Below, piece after piece: positions 27,200 to 39,454 of a DNA stretch of 64,000 nt. Source of the stretch: Octopus bimaculoides. Taxonomy: Eukaryota. The stretch covers positions 20,877,789 to 20,941,788 of the forward strand of contig NC_068984.1 of NCBI RefSeq assembly GCF_001194135.2. Direction: 5' to 3'. Both the position numbers and the translations under genes were made by a program. A model generated the notes under the pieces. That model worked only from the letters and a program-made list of their open reading frames with translations. It searched no databases and had not been told where the DNA came from. Position 1 is the first letter of the stretch. Each line of letters starts with the position of its first letter.

Positions 27200-27515
27200 A
27201 GACTTTTACATGGAGCCCAATCATGGGATATGAAAATAGACCCGGGGGAAAGATTGCAGTTTTCTCAGGTCGTCCTGACAACTCTGAGGCCAGATGTTGC
27301 TTGCGGTGTGGCAGGGCAAAGAAAAATAATTTCGATCGAGCTAACAGTCCCGTGGGAAGAAGGTACGATCGAGCCTTTGAATGGAAGCGTGCCAAATACC
27401 AGAGCCTTTTGCAAGATTGTCGGGAGAAGGAATAGGAGTAATGGTTATTTCCAGTTGAGGCTGGCTGCAGGGGATACTCTGCCCAGTCGCTATGATAGAC
27501 GCTTATGATCATTGT
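27200..27515 (+). pseudogene. Restriction-like (PD-D/ExK) endonuclease fragment of a HERO-type R2-group non-LTR retrotransposon
   Basis: SWDMKIDPGERLQFSQVVLTTLRPDVACGVAGQRKIISIELTVPWEE, a frameshift, then RAFEWKRAKYQSLLQDCREKE..PVEAGCRGY. This matches the RPD..IELTVPWE..RKRAKY..PVEVGCRG signature. Confidence 0.85.
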
Positions 27516-27619
27516 GTGTGTGCATACATTTTTCTCGGGCCCTAGGACTCATAAAGCCGGTTACCCGGTTTTCATGGCGTGGCTTTGAACCTTGCAATTC
27601 TGAGGGGAGAGCAAGTCAA

Positions 27620-27755
27620 GTACATCAACCGAAGGGATGAAAGGCTAAGTTGATCACGGCGGGATTTGAGGTCAGAACATGTGGGACCAGAAGAAATGCA
27701 ACTGAGCATTTTGTCCAACATGCTAACAATTATGTTAGATCACCTACATCCGTCC
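27620..27755 (-). mobile_element. SINE family A (minus strand), diverged
   Basis: CCGAAGGGATGAAAGGCTAAGTTGATCACGGCGGGATTTGAGGTCAGAAC..GCTAACAATT. Confidence 0.7.
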
Positions 27756-27772
27756 GTCCGTCCATCCATCCA

Positions 27773-27814
<42 letters not shown>

Positions 27815-29333
27815 TCTCTCTCTCTCTCTTATATCTCTCTTTCTCTACATAATATACTATATACATATATATATATGTATATATATATATANNNNNNNNN
27901 NNNNNNNNNNNNNNNNNNNNNNNNNNNNNNNNNNNNNNNNNNNNNNNNNNNNNNNNNNNNNNNNNNNNNNNNNNNNNNNNNNNNNNNNNNNNNNNNNNNN
28001 NNNNNNNNNNNNNNNNNNNNNNNNNNNNNNNNNNNNNNNNNNNNNNNNNNNNNNNNNNNNNNNNNNNNNNNNNNNNNNNNNNNNNNNNNNNNNNNNNNNN
28101 NNNNNNNNNNNNNNNNNNNNNNNNNNNNNNNNNNNNNNNNNNNNNNNNNNNNNNNNNNNNNNNNNNNNNNNNNNNNNNNNNNNNNNNNNNNNNNNNNNNN
28201 NNNNNNNNNNNNNNNNNNNNNNNNNNNNNNNNNNNNNNNNNNNNNNNNNNNNNNNNNNNNNNNNNNNNNNNNNNNNNNNNNNNNNNNNNNNNNNNNNNNN
28301 NNNNNNNNNNNNNNNNNNNNNNNNNNNNNNNNNNNNNNNNNNNNNNNNNNNNNNNNNNNNNNNNNNNNNNNNNNNNNNNNNNNNNNNNNNNNNNNNNNNN
28401 NNNNNNNNNNNNNNNNNNNNNNNNNNNNNNNNNNNNNNNNNNNNNNNNNNNNNNNNNNNNNNNNNNNNNNNNNNNNNNNNNNNNNNNNNNNNNNNNNNNN
28501 NNNNNNNNNNNNNNNNNNNNNNNNNNNNNNNNNNNNNNNNNNNNNNNNNNNNNNNNNNNNNNNNNNNNNNNNNNNNNNNNNNNNNNNNNNNNNNNNNNNN
28601 NNNNNNNNNNNNNNNNNNNNNNNNNNNNNNNTTTCTTTATGAAAAATCTAGCATTTGTTTTTGTCTCAGATTTTAGAAAATTTCAACTATTATAAGATTG
28701 AAGACTAAGTTTTTGTTATCTACAAAGATTTCGTCACAGTTCCAGCCAAAGAAAACAAGTCCGCTTCTGCTCTCGAAAATAAATTTTTGAAGCTATTTTC
28801 AGTAATAGAAAATAGTTCTAGTCCCAAAAACAGAAGAAAGAGAAAGATATAGCATTAGAAAATAGGGCTGTACGCACATACACATCTTTAAGAAATAGTT
28901 CCAAACAACCAAACAAAGTCTATAAAATTGTCCATGGAAAAAAAAAAAAAAAAAAGGGATCAGCGTAGATGTAAGGCGATATTCTGTTGCAATCTTCTTT
29001 GCACGTACATAGTACAGTCCTTCTTAATTTTACAAATATTTTGTCAGCAAAAGTTAGCTGCAATACGATTGATGTATGTGGTATAGCCATTTTGGAAAGT
29101 AGAAATATCGTGACTTAGCCATTGCTCAACTCCACTCGTTAGACTTGAAGTGGTGCATAGCGATATCTGATAAATTGATGGACTTTTTTGAGGGCTAATC
29201 TAGGTCGGTTGACGGTACGGGTAACTCGAGTAGCCGCCCAGGTGACACATACTTGGGGGGATACCAGGTCATGTTTGAGATCTTTGAAACAATATGGAAA
29301 AATAAAAATAGACACTTTATTTTTATATTTCAG

Positions 29334-29450
29334 ATTTTACTACTTGTGAAAATTGAGAAAAAACAAAACAAAGCAAAACAAAGAAATACTTGCAAGGACG
29401 CTGAAATTCAGTTTGCCAGGGACGCCAGAGCTCTAAGGGCTAAAATGGTG
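29334..29450 (+). other. Candidate 117-nt spliced exon (host gene unidentified)
   Basis: Acceptor TTTATTTTTATATTTCAG|A at 29333 and donor GTG|GTAAGT at 29451. The exon is open in frame (ILLLVKIEKK..RALRAKMV) and has AAAATGG near its end. No homology recognised. Confidence 0.4.
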
Positions 29451-29802
29451 GTAAGTGTTCTTTCTTTCTTACATTTTTTCTGAACAGTTTACTCTGAAGG
29501 TAAATAACAAAGCACCAAAATAAGGCTTCAGATGAAACTTCTAGGAATAAACGGCTGTGTGTTATCAAAACACAGTCGTTTATTCCTTGATCAATTATTT
29601 TGGTTTAACTCTGGAACCAGTACTACACTTGGGATGATGATGATCACTATTAAGTTTCACTCAAATAACTCAGCAACATCAAAACCATTCTATGCTGCCA
29701 AGATTCCAAGATCTTTTTCAAGTTGAAATATTCAATTTACAGTATTATTTCTTTACTAAAAGAAATAAAACAGTGAAATCGAGGAGAAAAGCAAATTAGA
29801 AA

Positions 29803-29833
<31 letters not shown>

Positions 29834-30316
29834 CATTTAAATTAGGAGAAAATTCTTGGAATAAAACACATTTTACTAAATCAATAGCAACAACAAATTT
29901 AATTTTCTTCTTACAATTTAATTACTAATTTGTTTTCGTAAAAATTGCTGAATAGTTTTTAATATTTGCCTGATTTTGCAAAACATTTACATTGATAAAT
30001 GATGGTTCTNNNNNNNNNNNNNNNNNNNNNNNNNNNNNNNNNNNNNNNNNNNNNNNNNNNNNNNNNNNNNNNNNNNNNNNNNNNNNNNNNNNNNNNNNNN
30101 NNNNNNNNNNNNNNNNNNNNNNNNNNNNNNNNNNNNATTTCTAAATGAAGGAGTACATTTGTACTGAGGATCACAAATGTGTGTCATATACTCCGTTTGG
30201 ATTTAGCTGTCTATAAGTTATACCCTCCTATCCTCCGAGTTTCGGTAAAAGTTTATCAAACATAACAATTCTTTAAATGACTGGGTCCTACGTTGGTGCC
30301 TTGTTGTTGCTCTTGC

Positions 30317-30364
<48 letters not shown>

Positions 30365-30379
30365 AATTATTGTTCTTTC

Positions 30380-30590
30380 TAAGGTAGCGAACTGACAGGA
30401 TCGTTAGAGTGTCTGAAGAAATTGGCGTGCGTTATTCATTCTGGTTCAAATTCCACCGATGTCTACTTTGCCTTCTATCTTTTTGAGGTCGATGAAATAA
30501 AGTATCAGTTAAGTACTGGTCGATGATATTAGTTAACCCCTTTCTCTCAGAATTGGTGGCCTTGCTTCTAAATTGAAACAATTATTGTTC
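30380..30590 (+). mobile_element. SINE family A
   Basis: AAGGTAGCGAACTGACAGGATCGTTAG..GGTTCAAATTCCACCGA..GAGGTCGATGAAATAAAGTATCAG. Confidence 0.75.
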
Positions 30591-31233
30591 TTTCTGATAA
30601 TGGCAATGAAAACCATGAGTAACTGGCAACCAAAATTGCAAATGATAAACAAACAATCAGGTTATTTTGCCTTGCGATCCTTGTAAAAACTCGAGAAATA
30701 CACGCACAAACTGACCTTATTAAACTTTATTGGGCGGCGAGTTAGCCCAAACAGGAAGAACCACGATAAATACCTTATACAATTTAGTTTCTTAACTTTT
30801 CATTCTCAGTTCAAATCACGTTCGACTTTGGTTTACAACACTTACTAAGTCTATGAAATAGCTACCAGTAAAATACTGAGTTACCTTTAGTCAGCTAAAT
30901 AATCCCAACTAAAAAGAAAGAAAAGGAAAAGAAGTTCGGCATCATGTATAATTTGGTCAATGCTCTGTGAGCAGAATTTCACAGACGTCAACTGAGTAGC
31001 TATTTGGCTATATGTCATGTACGTATTCGTGTTTATGTTTACAGTACAACACCAATTAAAAACGGTGTTGTACAGAACAAGAAAAAAAAAGAAGAAAAAG
31101 ATAAGGATAAAATATGTGCCTCGTTAAAGTAAGTAATTTCGAGTCAATAATGACTGACAAAAAATAATTCTTTAAAAGTGTGGCTCCCTAGTTTAATGGC
31201 TGTTAATAGTTATTAACAATGAAGAAACCAATA

Positions 31234-31266
<33 letters not shown>

Positions 31267-31734
31267 TGGGAAAGGGTTCAATTAAGAGACGAAGTACACG
31301 CAAGACAACATTTAGTTTCTTCTCAGGCTCGACATGCCAGTAATACCGGTGATATACTGGTGTCGAATTACTCGACTACTTTAACTTTTGTCAGGAAATC
31401 TAGGAATGACCTAATTTTTAATCAAAAGGGAAATGAGCATTGCGAAAGTTTTGTGACTAACGTTGTAAAACAAGACAGAAATTCCCAACAAGTTGGGTCT
31501 GCCGCGACCAAGTTCCAATCATAGCATGGAAGCCATGAGAAATCATGAAAGCCACCACATCAGTTTCTCCCTTAAAAATTTAGGCCTTGTGCCTAATCAT
31601 AAAGAAACGAACATTATGATAATTTTACTAGATAAGCTGGATAATTACCAGAATAAATGATTCTTCGCTTAGTCTACCCGCCGCCATAAATATTTTAGTT
31701 AATGTTTAATATGATAATCACCAGTAAATGCCAA

Positions 31735-31772
<38 letters not shown>

Positions 31773-31843
31773 ACAGTAGTAGTAATAGCAACAACAACAG
31801 CAGCCACACCAACACGGCAGGGATAATGATTACCACCACCACC

Positions 31844-31875
<32 letters not shown>

Positions 31876-32607
31876 CAACAACAGAAATAAGGACATGAAG
31901 AACAACTACAATAGACTCCATCACTGTCATCAGATCACTATCACCGCCACCACCACCTAGAGGAGCAACCACCACCTCCACCACCACCAGATCACCCCCA
32001 CCAGATCACCACCACGACCTCCACCAGCACTAAAACAGATCACCACCACTACCATCGTCTCACCAGATCCATCTCCACCATTGGTAACAAACTCCGTCAC
32101 TGTCATCACACTTCCACCACCACAACCCGCAACTAATTATACCAACCTCAAAAGCTTGGTCACTCGATCTCTTGGTAAAAACAAAAGCCATGTTCCTACA
32201 AATTGCATCTCATCATTTTGAAGAATGCATTGAATATTGCAGTCATAATGCTATGAAGACTGGAAGGTCACGGCTGGAATGTCTATGATCGAAAAATTGC
32301 TCAGTCGGGGACAACTTGGAGCAACACAACAGCAATAAAACTCCGCTGCCGCCCTCACCTCCAGCACTATGTTTAATAACAACATAAAGACCCCCCCCGC
32401 GTCCACCACCACCACCACCATCTTCACTAACAACAACGTGAATTCTCCCACCGCCCTCAGTACCATCCTCACCAAAACCACCCCACCACCAACAATAACA
32501 TAAAGACCCTCCCCTCTTCCACCACCACCACCACCAATACTATCTGCATCAGCATCGCTATCATCATCACCAGTAGGAAGTAAAGGAGAACTACCGACAC
32601 ACAAAAA

Positions 32608-32680
32608 TAGTGGGATTGGTCACGTGACTCGGTCGACTAGTAAACACCAACATCCGGTGTCGTTCCTCGTAAGCTGCACG
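32608..32680. promoter_or_regulatory. Promoter-like motif cluster (reverse CCAAT box abutting a GTCACGTGAC E-box palindrome)
   Basis: GGGATTGGTCACGTGACTCGG lies in a locally CpG-retaining, non-repeat stretch. A possible donor CTC|GTAAGC lies downstream at about 32670. Confidence 0.35.
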
Positions 32681-32842
32681 TCTATCGCTATGTATCTAAA
32701 TATTTTGTTTTCTTAATTCAGCCTGCTTATCTCGGTTTTCTTAACGTTCATTCACGCCCCCACCATGGCCTCTCAGAGAATTTTTTTTTTTCTTCACTTC
32801 TATTTTCTTATCTACTTTTTCTTCTCATTTAGCTAACTGCAT

Positions 32843-32931
<89 letters not shown>

Positions 32932-33104
32932 TACACACATATAATATAAAACACGTGCTTTTTATCAATCTACCTATCTGTTTTCTCCGTATGAAAAACT
33001 CTTGTACACATACATTTGTATGTGTACGAGTTGCGGTATATGAGTTTATGTGTGTGTGTGTGTGTATGTGTGAAGAAGTAAGAAAAGAGAGAATAGCGTG
33101 TGTC

Positions 33105-33180
<76 letters not shown>

Positions 33181-33350
33181 CACTGCCTATCTTTGTCTGT
33201 CTCAAAGAGAATCCATCTGCCAGTCTATCTAGCCTACCATTTCCTTTTACTCCCAGTCACCTGACTTTATCGTCTGAATATATTTTCATGGGTATGCATA
33301 ACAATCTCCTACCCCCTCCCTCTCTCTTACGTTCTTTCACTCCCTCCCCC

Positions 33351-33385
<35 letters not shown>

Positions 33386-33741
33386 TGCACTATGTAAAGT
33401 TTTTCAAACACTACATTCTGCACAAATAAATCTGATATAGAACCTCGAGCACATACATACATAATACACACATACACACATACATACATACATACATACA
33501 TACATACGTACCTAAATACATACATACATACATACACTCGCGACATCTGGACGATCTGTAAATGTTAGAATTAACCAAAAAGAACAACTTACACGAACTT
33601 TACAGATGCAATCTGTAACTGGAACAGTGAAAATATGCAAGATTTACTGAAAGTTCGATAAGTAGCTATTATTGTCATTGTTATTCAAATTCCAACGACA
33701 GTTTCTTAGAAACCAGTTCCCTGCTTTTAAGAAAAAACATT

Positions 33742-34500
33742 GGATCTTTGGGGTTTGACGGGCAACATTTGTTTTCTTAACGAAACACTTTCAAACTTGG
33801 GACACTGATAGAATGTGTCATATAAAACAACTTCTTCTCTTATACATCGCACGTTATTTCATGTTAAAGTTATCGTATTTCTGTAATTTCAACCAATCAC
33901 TGACGTCTATTCAGCTGAATACAGTTACTGCTGATCGGTGTCAAGTGTGTTATTCCCTGTTTAATTATATCATTATTCCCTAGTAAGGGTTTAGGGTTTT
34001 AGGGTTAGGGTTCGGGTTTTAGGGTTAGGGTTTTAGGGTTAGGGTTGGGGTTAGGGTTGGGGTTAGGGTTAGGGTTAGGGTTATGGTTATGAGTTATAGG
34101 GTTAGAGTTAAGGTTATGGCAAAAATAATCATAACCCTAACCGTAATCCTAAAACTAACCCTAANNNNNNNNNNNNNNNNNNNNNNNNNNNNNNNNNNNN
34201 NNNNNNNNNNNNNNNNNNNNNNNNNNNACGGGTAGTTGTTGTTGACAAACAACGGGACTAATTTTATTCAAGGGAAAAGATCCCATGACACCGTTACGGC
34301 ATTAATTGTTTTCATCTCAATAGACGTCAGTGATTGGTTGAAATTACCGAAATACGACAATTTTTTACATAAAATAACTTCGAATACAAAATTTATTATC
34401 TGTTCTATACCACAAAATATACAAATATTCGAAGTTTGAAAGTGTTTCGGTACCAAAAACACTACAAAAAAAATTGTTGCCCGTCAAACCCCAAAGATCC
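33742..34500. mobile_element. Non-autonomous TIR element (MITE), GG termini, 8-bp TSD, internal TTAGGG tract; Merlin-like
   Basis: TIR GGATCTTTGGGGTTTGACGGGCAACA / TGTTGCCCGTCAAACCCCAAAGATCC. TSD AAAACATT at 33734-33741 and 34501-34508. TTAGGG variants at about 33983-34110 and CCCTAA variants at about 34133-34164. Confidence 0.88.
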
Positions 34501-35964
34501 AAAACATTAATGAATTTTTAAGAAACTGAAAGCATACATATATAATTATTGGTGCACTCGGGATTGTTAGCAAACGTCTAGTGCCAATCTGGAAAAGGTA
34601 GGATTTACAGGCAAATGAAGAATAAATAAATAAATAAAATAAATAAATAAAAGGGACTGGTTAGCCTGCACTTTACAAGTCAATTTGCAAATGGAACGGT
34701 AAAAATATGCAAAAATTTTCAACATGTGACATTTAACGCTGTTGTATTGCAAATTCCGGGATGAAGATATACATACAGATGTACATATATAGCACTTAAA
34801 TACTAAAGAGACATGTACACAGTGCAGGTGCAAACCCTGAAAACTGTTTTGTTTTCACTTTGTTAGTGAATGACTTGTAACTCTATTAAGAACTTAAATA
34901 AATCTCGAAGAAAAGCATTCTTTCACACAAATACATACACATACTTATCCCCACTTAAACGTGGATGTCCCGTTAGAACAAACTATACTGTGGTAGGTGC
35001 AATGGAAGAAAGTCTCATGTTGACTTTTAGTGTAAAATGTACTCTTGTTTATATCGCTAGCGGTCGAGCGTCCATCACTGATAAAACCAAAGAAGGTCGA
35101 AATAACGTGATTTGGTGTCTCGGTGCAGGAGATGTACATACACACATACATACATACATGCATACATACATACATACATAATACATACATGCATACATAC
35201 ATACATACATACATACATACATGCAGACAGACAGACAGACAGACAGACATATATACATACATACACTTACGAGCAAGAAGGATCATTTACACGCCACCAT
35301 CCGAAACAAAATATTGGACTGTTTGTTGAATTGTTGTTGGTTTAGGACTGCTTCCCCTAGTTATATGTATCATCTAGATTCCACACTCACAACACAGTAT
35401 TCACGTTAACATTGTTTAGCCACATAGGTCCACCCTAATCGGGTAAACCTATAATAAAATACGTCCAAACCGTAACCATCACATATTTTTGTATATTCAG
35501 ATCTCGATTGTTCAATGTGCTATTTCTTTTGTAAGATTTTTTCTCAGAAAAGTATTTTGCTATTTTTAGCAGTTGTCACTTGTTTGTTTAGCCTCAGATC
35601 ACCCCAAATCAAAGGTTATTCCAGTTGTGGGCATCCTGTCATTATAGAAATATATAGGACTACGCTGACTATTATGACCTTCTTTATTGGAAGAAAAATA
35701 TGATGATTTCATGAGTACTTTTTGCAGATTGGGCAAGCCGGTTGCGGAACCTACACTGGCTTGACGTTTATGGAACTGACGATATTAATGCTACCTGATT
35801 TGGCAGTGACGTGGTTTTGGCAGCCCTGTGCGGTAGCCAAATTGGCCGCTTCCTTAAACGTAACATACTTTCAACAAAATCAAACGTGCGTTTATAATAA
35901 ACCGGACACCGGTTGACCTTAACCAGTTGAGCATGTCCCTTAGTAGTTAACGATATGTTCATCT

Positions 35965-37610
35965 ATGATTCCTTTTCAGTTGATGCCAAGAACATGTTTT
36001 CCAATGGCTATTGTGAATCCATATCACTATTCAACAAGGCCAAAGACATAATCATTGTTGGTCTTTACAGGCCTCCCCAAGCACCTCTAAAGTGCTCTGA
36101 AGAGTGCCTCAACAAAATCAATTCCTTCCTTCAAAAATACAACTCCGGAAACATACTAGTGATGGGTGATTTTAACCTCCCTCATATAAACTGGCCCATA
36201 AATACTCTGAAGTTAGGCAAATGCTCTACACCTGACAAAGCAGCAGCAGAATTACTCTTTAATCTGCTGGATGATTTTTTCCTGACTCAGCTAGTGCTAG
36301 AACCAACAAGACAGAATAAAACGACCTTGGATCTAATATTAACCAACCACTCTAGCTCCGTTCACAGTATTTCAGTTGAAAAAACTCTCCTCTCAGACCA
36401 CGACATAATACTCTGCAACTTTAATTTCTGGTATACCAAAACCAAACCAGCCAATCGCACTCCATTGCACTTATTTGACAAGATAAACTGCCACAAAGCG
36501 GACTGGGGAGCAATCAGAAAGAATCTGTCCTTGATCGATTGATCCTTCACTTTCAGTTCCACTGACATTGAGACCGCACGGCAGCACTTTGAGGACATTG
36601 TCACCTTATACATGCTCAAAACACGCTGTTACGAAATCCACTAACACAAACAGAAACCGGCTCCCTAGAACGAAGAAAAATACTCATCAGGCGCATCAAA
36701 AGACTTAATTAAAAAAAATCAACTAATTAAAATACTCCCACGTACAACATCCACATTCAACAACAATGAAAAGGCTAGAGTTGGAAAAACTTCATCTGCA
36801 GACCGACATGAAAACCTCCATTGAAAATCAAAGAGCTGCAAAGGAACAGTGGGTAATCAAAAAAATCGAACAGAACCCAAAAGTGTTCTATTCGATGATA
36901 GCGGCATTCCCCAACACGATGCTAAAGAAATGGCAGAAGTACTGCAGAAACAATACTGCTCTGTCTTTAGTGACCCCACTGATATTGACGTAAGGGAAGC
37001 GAACGAAGTTGATTCCCACATGAAATCTCGGACATAACCTTCACTGCCTCAGACATCACAGCAGCAATAAATGAGGTCAAATACTATTCTGCTGTAGGTC
37101 CTAATAGATTCCCCGCTAGTCCCCTGAAAGAATGTAGACACCAACTTACAGTCCCTCTGACCAACCTTTGGAGAAATTCTTAAGACTCAGCTCCTACCCA
37201 GTCTGTCATTCCGGTTTTCAAACAGGGAAACAGATCCCTCGCAGTCAACTATCGCCTAATCTCATTCACCTCCCACATCATTAAAGTGTTTGAAAGAGTG
37301 GTAAGATCAAGGACAGCTGGCTTCCTGGAGATCCACAAACTCCTAAATTTAAACCAGCATGGCTTTTGTTGTGGCAGGGACTGTCTAACACAGCTCTTAC
37401 GCCAACCACATCGATGATATACTTAAAGCCTTGGGAACAGGTTCAAACTCTGAAGTCTTATATCTTGACTTCAGTAAAGCGTTCGACAAAGTTGACCATA
37501 GTATCTTACTCTCAAAATTGGCAAATGCTGGAATCCGTATAGAACACTTCTGCATTGGATTCAGTATTTCCTGGCGAACAGAACACATGTTGTGGTCGAT
37601 GGAGTCGCCA
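35965..37610 (+). mobile_element. Degenerate CR1/L2-group LINE ORF2 (APE endonuclease, linker, RT N-terminal half)
   Basis: IIIVGLYRPP..ILVMGDFNLPHINW..LDLILTN..LSDHDII (APE); GPNRFPASPLKECR, VIPVFKQGNRSLAVNYRLISFTSHIIKVFE, NQHGF, YLDFSKAFDKVDH (RT). Multiple stops and frameshifts. Confidence 0.92.
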
Positions 37611-37683
37611 CATTTAAACTCAACATTTAAACATACTAATCTAATTATACGTATTTATCTAGATTTATTATTATTATTATTAC

Positions 37684-37755
<72 letters not shown>

Positions 37756-37764
37756 AACAATAAC

Positions 37765-37827
<63 letters not shown>

Positions 37828-37880
37828 TTTAGTCAAATACGTATAATTAGATTAGTGTGTTTAATTGTTGAGTTTAAATG
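37611..37880. repeat. 56-bp inverted repeat enclosing an orientation-flipping TTA/AAT-AAC microsatellite
   Basis: 37611-37666 matches the reverse complement of 37825-37880 with about 5 mismatches. Confidence 0.9.
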
Positions 37881-37975
37881 GCCCAGTGGTTAGGGGCAGC
37901 GGACTCGCGTTCGGAGGATTGCGGTTTCGATTCCCAGACCGGGTGTTGTGTGTGTTTATTGAGCGAGAACATACA
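37879..37975 (+). mobile_element. tRNA-derived SINE head
   Basis: TGGCCCAGTGGTTAGGGGCAGCGGACTCGCG..GGTTTCGATTCCCAGACCGGG carries A and B boxes. Confidence 0.75.
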
Positions 37976-38264
37976 CGTACGTGTGTATGTATACATGTAT
38001 GTATGTGTGTGTGTATATATGCACGAACACGACAATACTTGCCTAAGTATTAATCTTCCTTTCACCTTCTACTCTCTTTTTCTTCTAAGTAGTTACGACA
38101 GCGAAAGCTGATTACGTCATTTTATCTAAACTTGAACGTATGCTTTCTATGCTCATATTTTTGCGTTTATCATATTTTCTGCTTTTATTCATTCTTGAAC
38201 TTGATGGGCATATAACAGCAAGTCAGCAGACATTAAAAATCTCTAGTGAGACTTCTTTATCAAT

Positions 38265-38309
38265 GTACCTGAAGAGACCCAGACTGATGGGTCGAAATAT
38301 ATGTTGTAT
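38265..38309 (+). ncRNA. Minimal type I hammerhead ribozyme motif (intact core)
   Basis: GTAC-CTGAAGA-GACCC/AGACTGAT/GGGTC-GAAA-TATAT-GTT-GTAT. 4-bp stem I, 5-bp stem II, near-palindromic stem III (A[C/T]ATATGT), GUU triplet, AATAAA just downstream. Confidence 0.7.
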
Positions 38310-38334
38310 CTAATAAAAAGTCTAATACGAAATC

Positions 38335-38356
38335 TCTCTCCTACTATTAATTAATA

Positions 38357-38390
<34 letters not shown>

Positions 38391-38672
38391 TCTATGAAAC
38401 AGACCATGTACAAATTCGTTCTTCACAACATCTGGAACTGCTTTCAGATATGATCCATCCCATTCTTATAAAAATGATAATTCTGTCCAAATTGATGTGC
38501 TCAACTCAAATTATTGTTTATGCAAAACTTTAATATTTACTCCACAAATGCTTTGTCGTTAATGCTGCACTTTCCTGTATCACTTGTTTCAACATGAATG
38601 TAATACACACACACACACAAACACACAAATTATGCCTTTTTAACCCCGAGCAACGCCGGGTATCTCTGCTAG
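38335..38672 (+). mobile_element. Probable non-autonomous Helitron (3' end clear, 5' end uncertain)
   Basis: Hairpin CCCG-AGCAACGC-CGGG followed by CTAG|T (38669-38672), the canonical Helitron 3' terminus. Confidence 0.55.
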
Positions 38673-38929
38673 TTTTATTTAAACTTGAACGTATGCTTTC
38701 CACGTTCATATTTGAATTTTTTGCGTTTCTATAATATTTTTTTGCTTTTATTCATTCTCAAACTTGATGAGCATATAACAAGCCAGCTGATGTTAAAATC
38801 TGTTGTGAGATTTCTTTATCAATGTACCTGAAAAGACCCAGACTGATAGGTCGAAACATACGAAATCCATCTCCTACTATTTATTAATACTATATATATA
38901 CATATATACATATATACATCTATGAGTGC

Positions 38930-39150
38930 ATGTCCTTGTGTCCGTGTTTGACTCCCATCACCGCTTGACAACTGGTGTTGATGTGTTTACATCCCAGTAA
39001 CTTAGCGGTTCGGCATAAGATACCGATAGAATAAGTACTATGCTTAAGGAATAAGTCCTCGGATCAATTTGTTCAATTAAAACCCTTCAAGGCAGTGCTG
39101 CAGTATGGCCGCAGCCAAATGACTGAAACAATTAAAAAATAAAACAATCA
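38930..39150 (+). mobile_element. SINE family B, 3' half
   Basis: CACCGCTTGACAACTGGTGTTGATGTGTTTACATCCC.GTAACTTAGCGGTTCGGC..GATAGAATAAGTACT..ATGGCCGCAG..AATGACTGAAAC. Confidence 0.85.
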
Positions 39151-39263
39151 TAGAACATGTGTGTGTATGTGTGTGTGTGTAAATATATATATATATATAT
39201 ATAAAGAGAGAGAGAAAGATAAAGAGACCAATGGCAAAGTTAGAAATATATTTTATGGATAAA

Positions 39264-39312
39264 GTCTTACAGCTGTTTCAGGGAAAATCCAATGTATCCC
39301 TTCATCGGAGAC
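39264..39312 (-). ncRNA. Minimal type I hammerhead motif, U4C variant
   Basis: Reverse complement reads GTCT-CCGATGA-AGGG/ATACATTGGATTTT/CCCT-GAAA-CAGCT-GTA-AGAC. Perfect 4-bp stems I and II, palindromic stem III ACAGCTGT, GUA triplet. Confidence 0.7.
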
Positions 39313-39454
39313 GGTAATAGTAGAGGAATAGATTATTACATCTATAAGAGGAGATTTGTAGTAAGAAGTGAGAGCGATGCGCTGAAAAAAGAACAAAGAA
39401 GAAACAGTACTTGGAGCGTAGCTTTTGCTTGTAATAATCTATTCTACTATTACC

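Larger units (their letters stand above)
38110..38895 (+). mobile_element. Two direct copies of a ~230-bp hammerhead-bearing (pLTR/retrozyme-like) unit
   Basis: AAACTTGAACGTATGCTTTC..GCTTTTATTCATTCT..AACTTGATG.GCATATAACA..TTTATCAATGTACCTGAA.AGACCCAGACTGAT.GGTCGAAA occurs at about 38110-38360 and about 38673-38895. Confidence 0.75.

Noticed and set aside
31699-32604. Gly/Val/Pro-rich ORFs as a structural protein; similar at 42683-43515 and 53114-53336
   Set aside because: These are mosaics of CAC/GGT/AGT trinucleotide repeats with no domain signal or clear splice sites.
33983-34165. TTAGGG/CCCTAA tracts as a relic chromosome end or telomere fusion
   Set aside because: The tracts are short, degenerate and enclosed within a TIR element that has a TSD.
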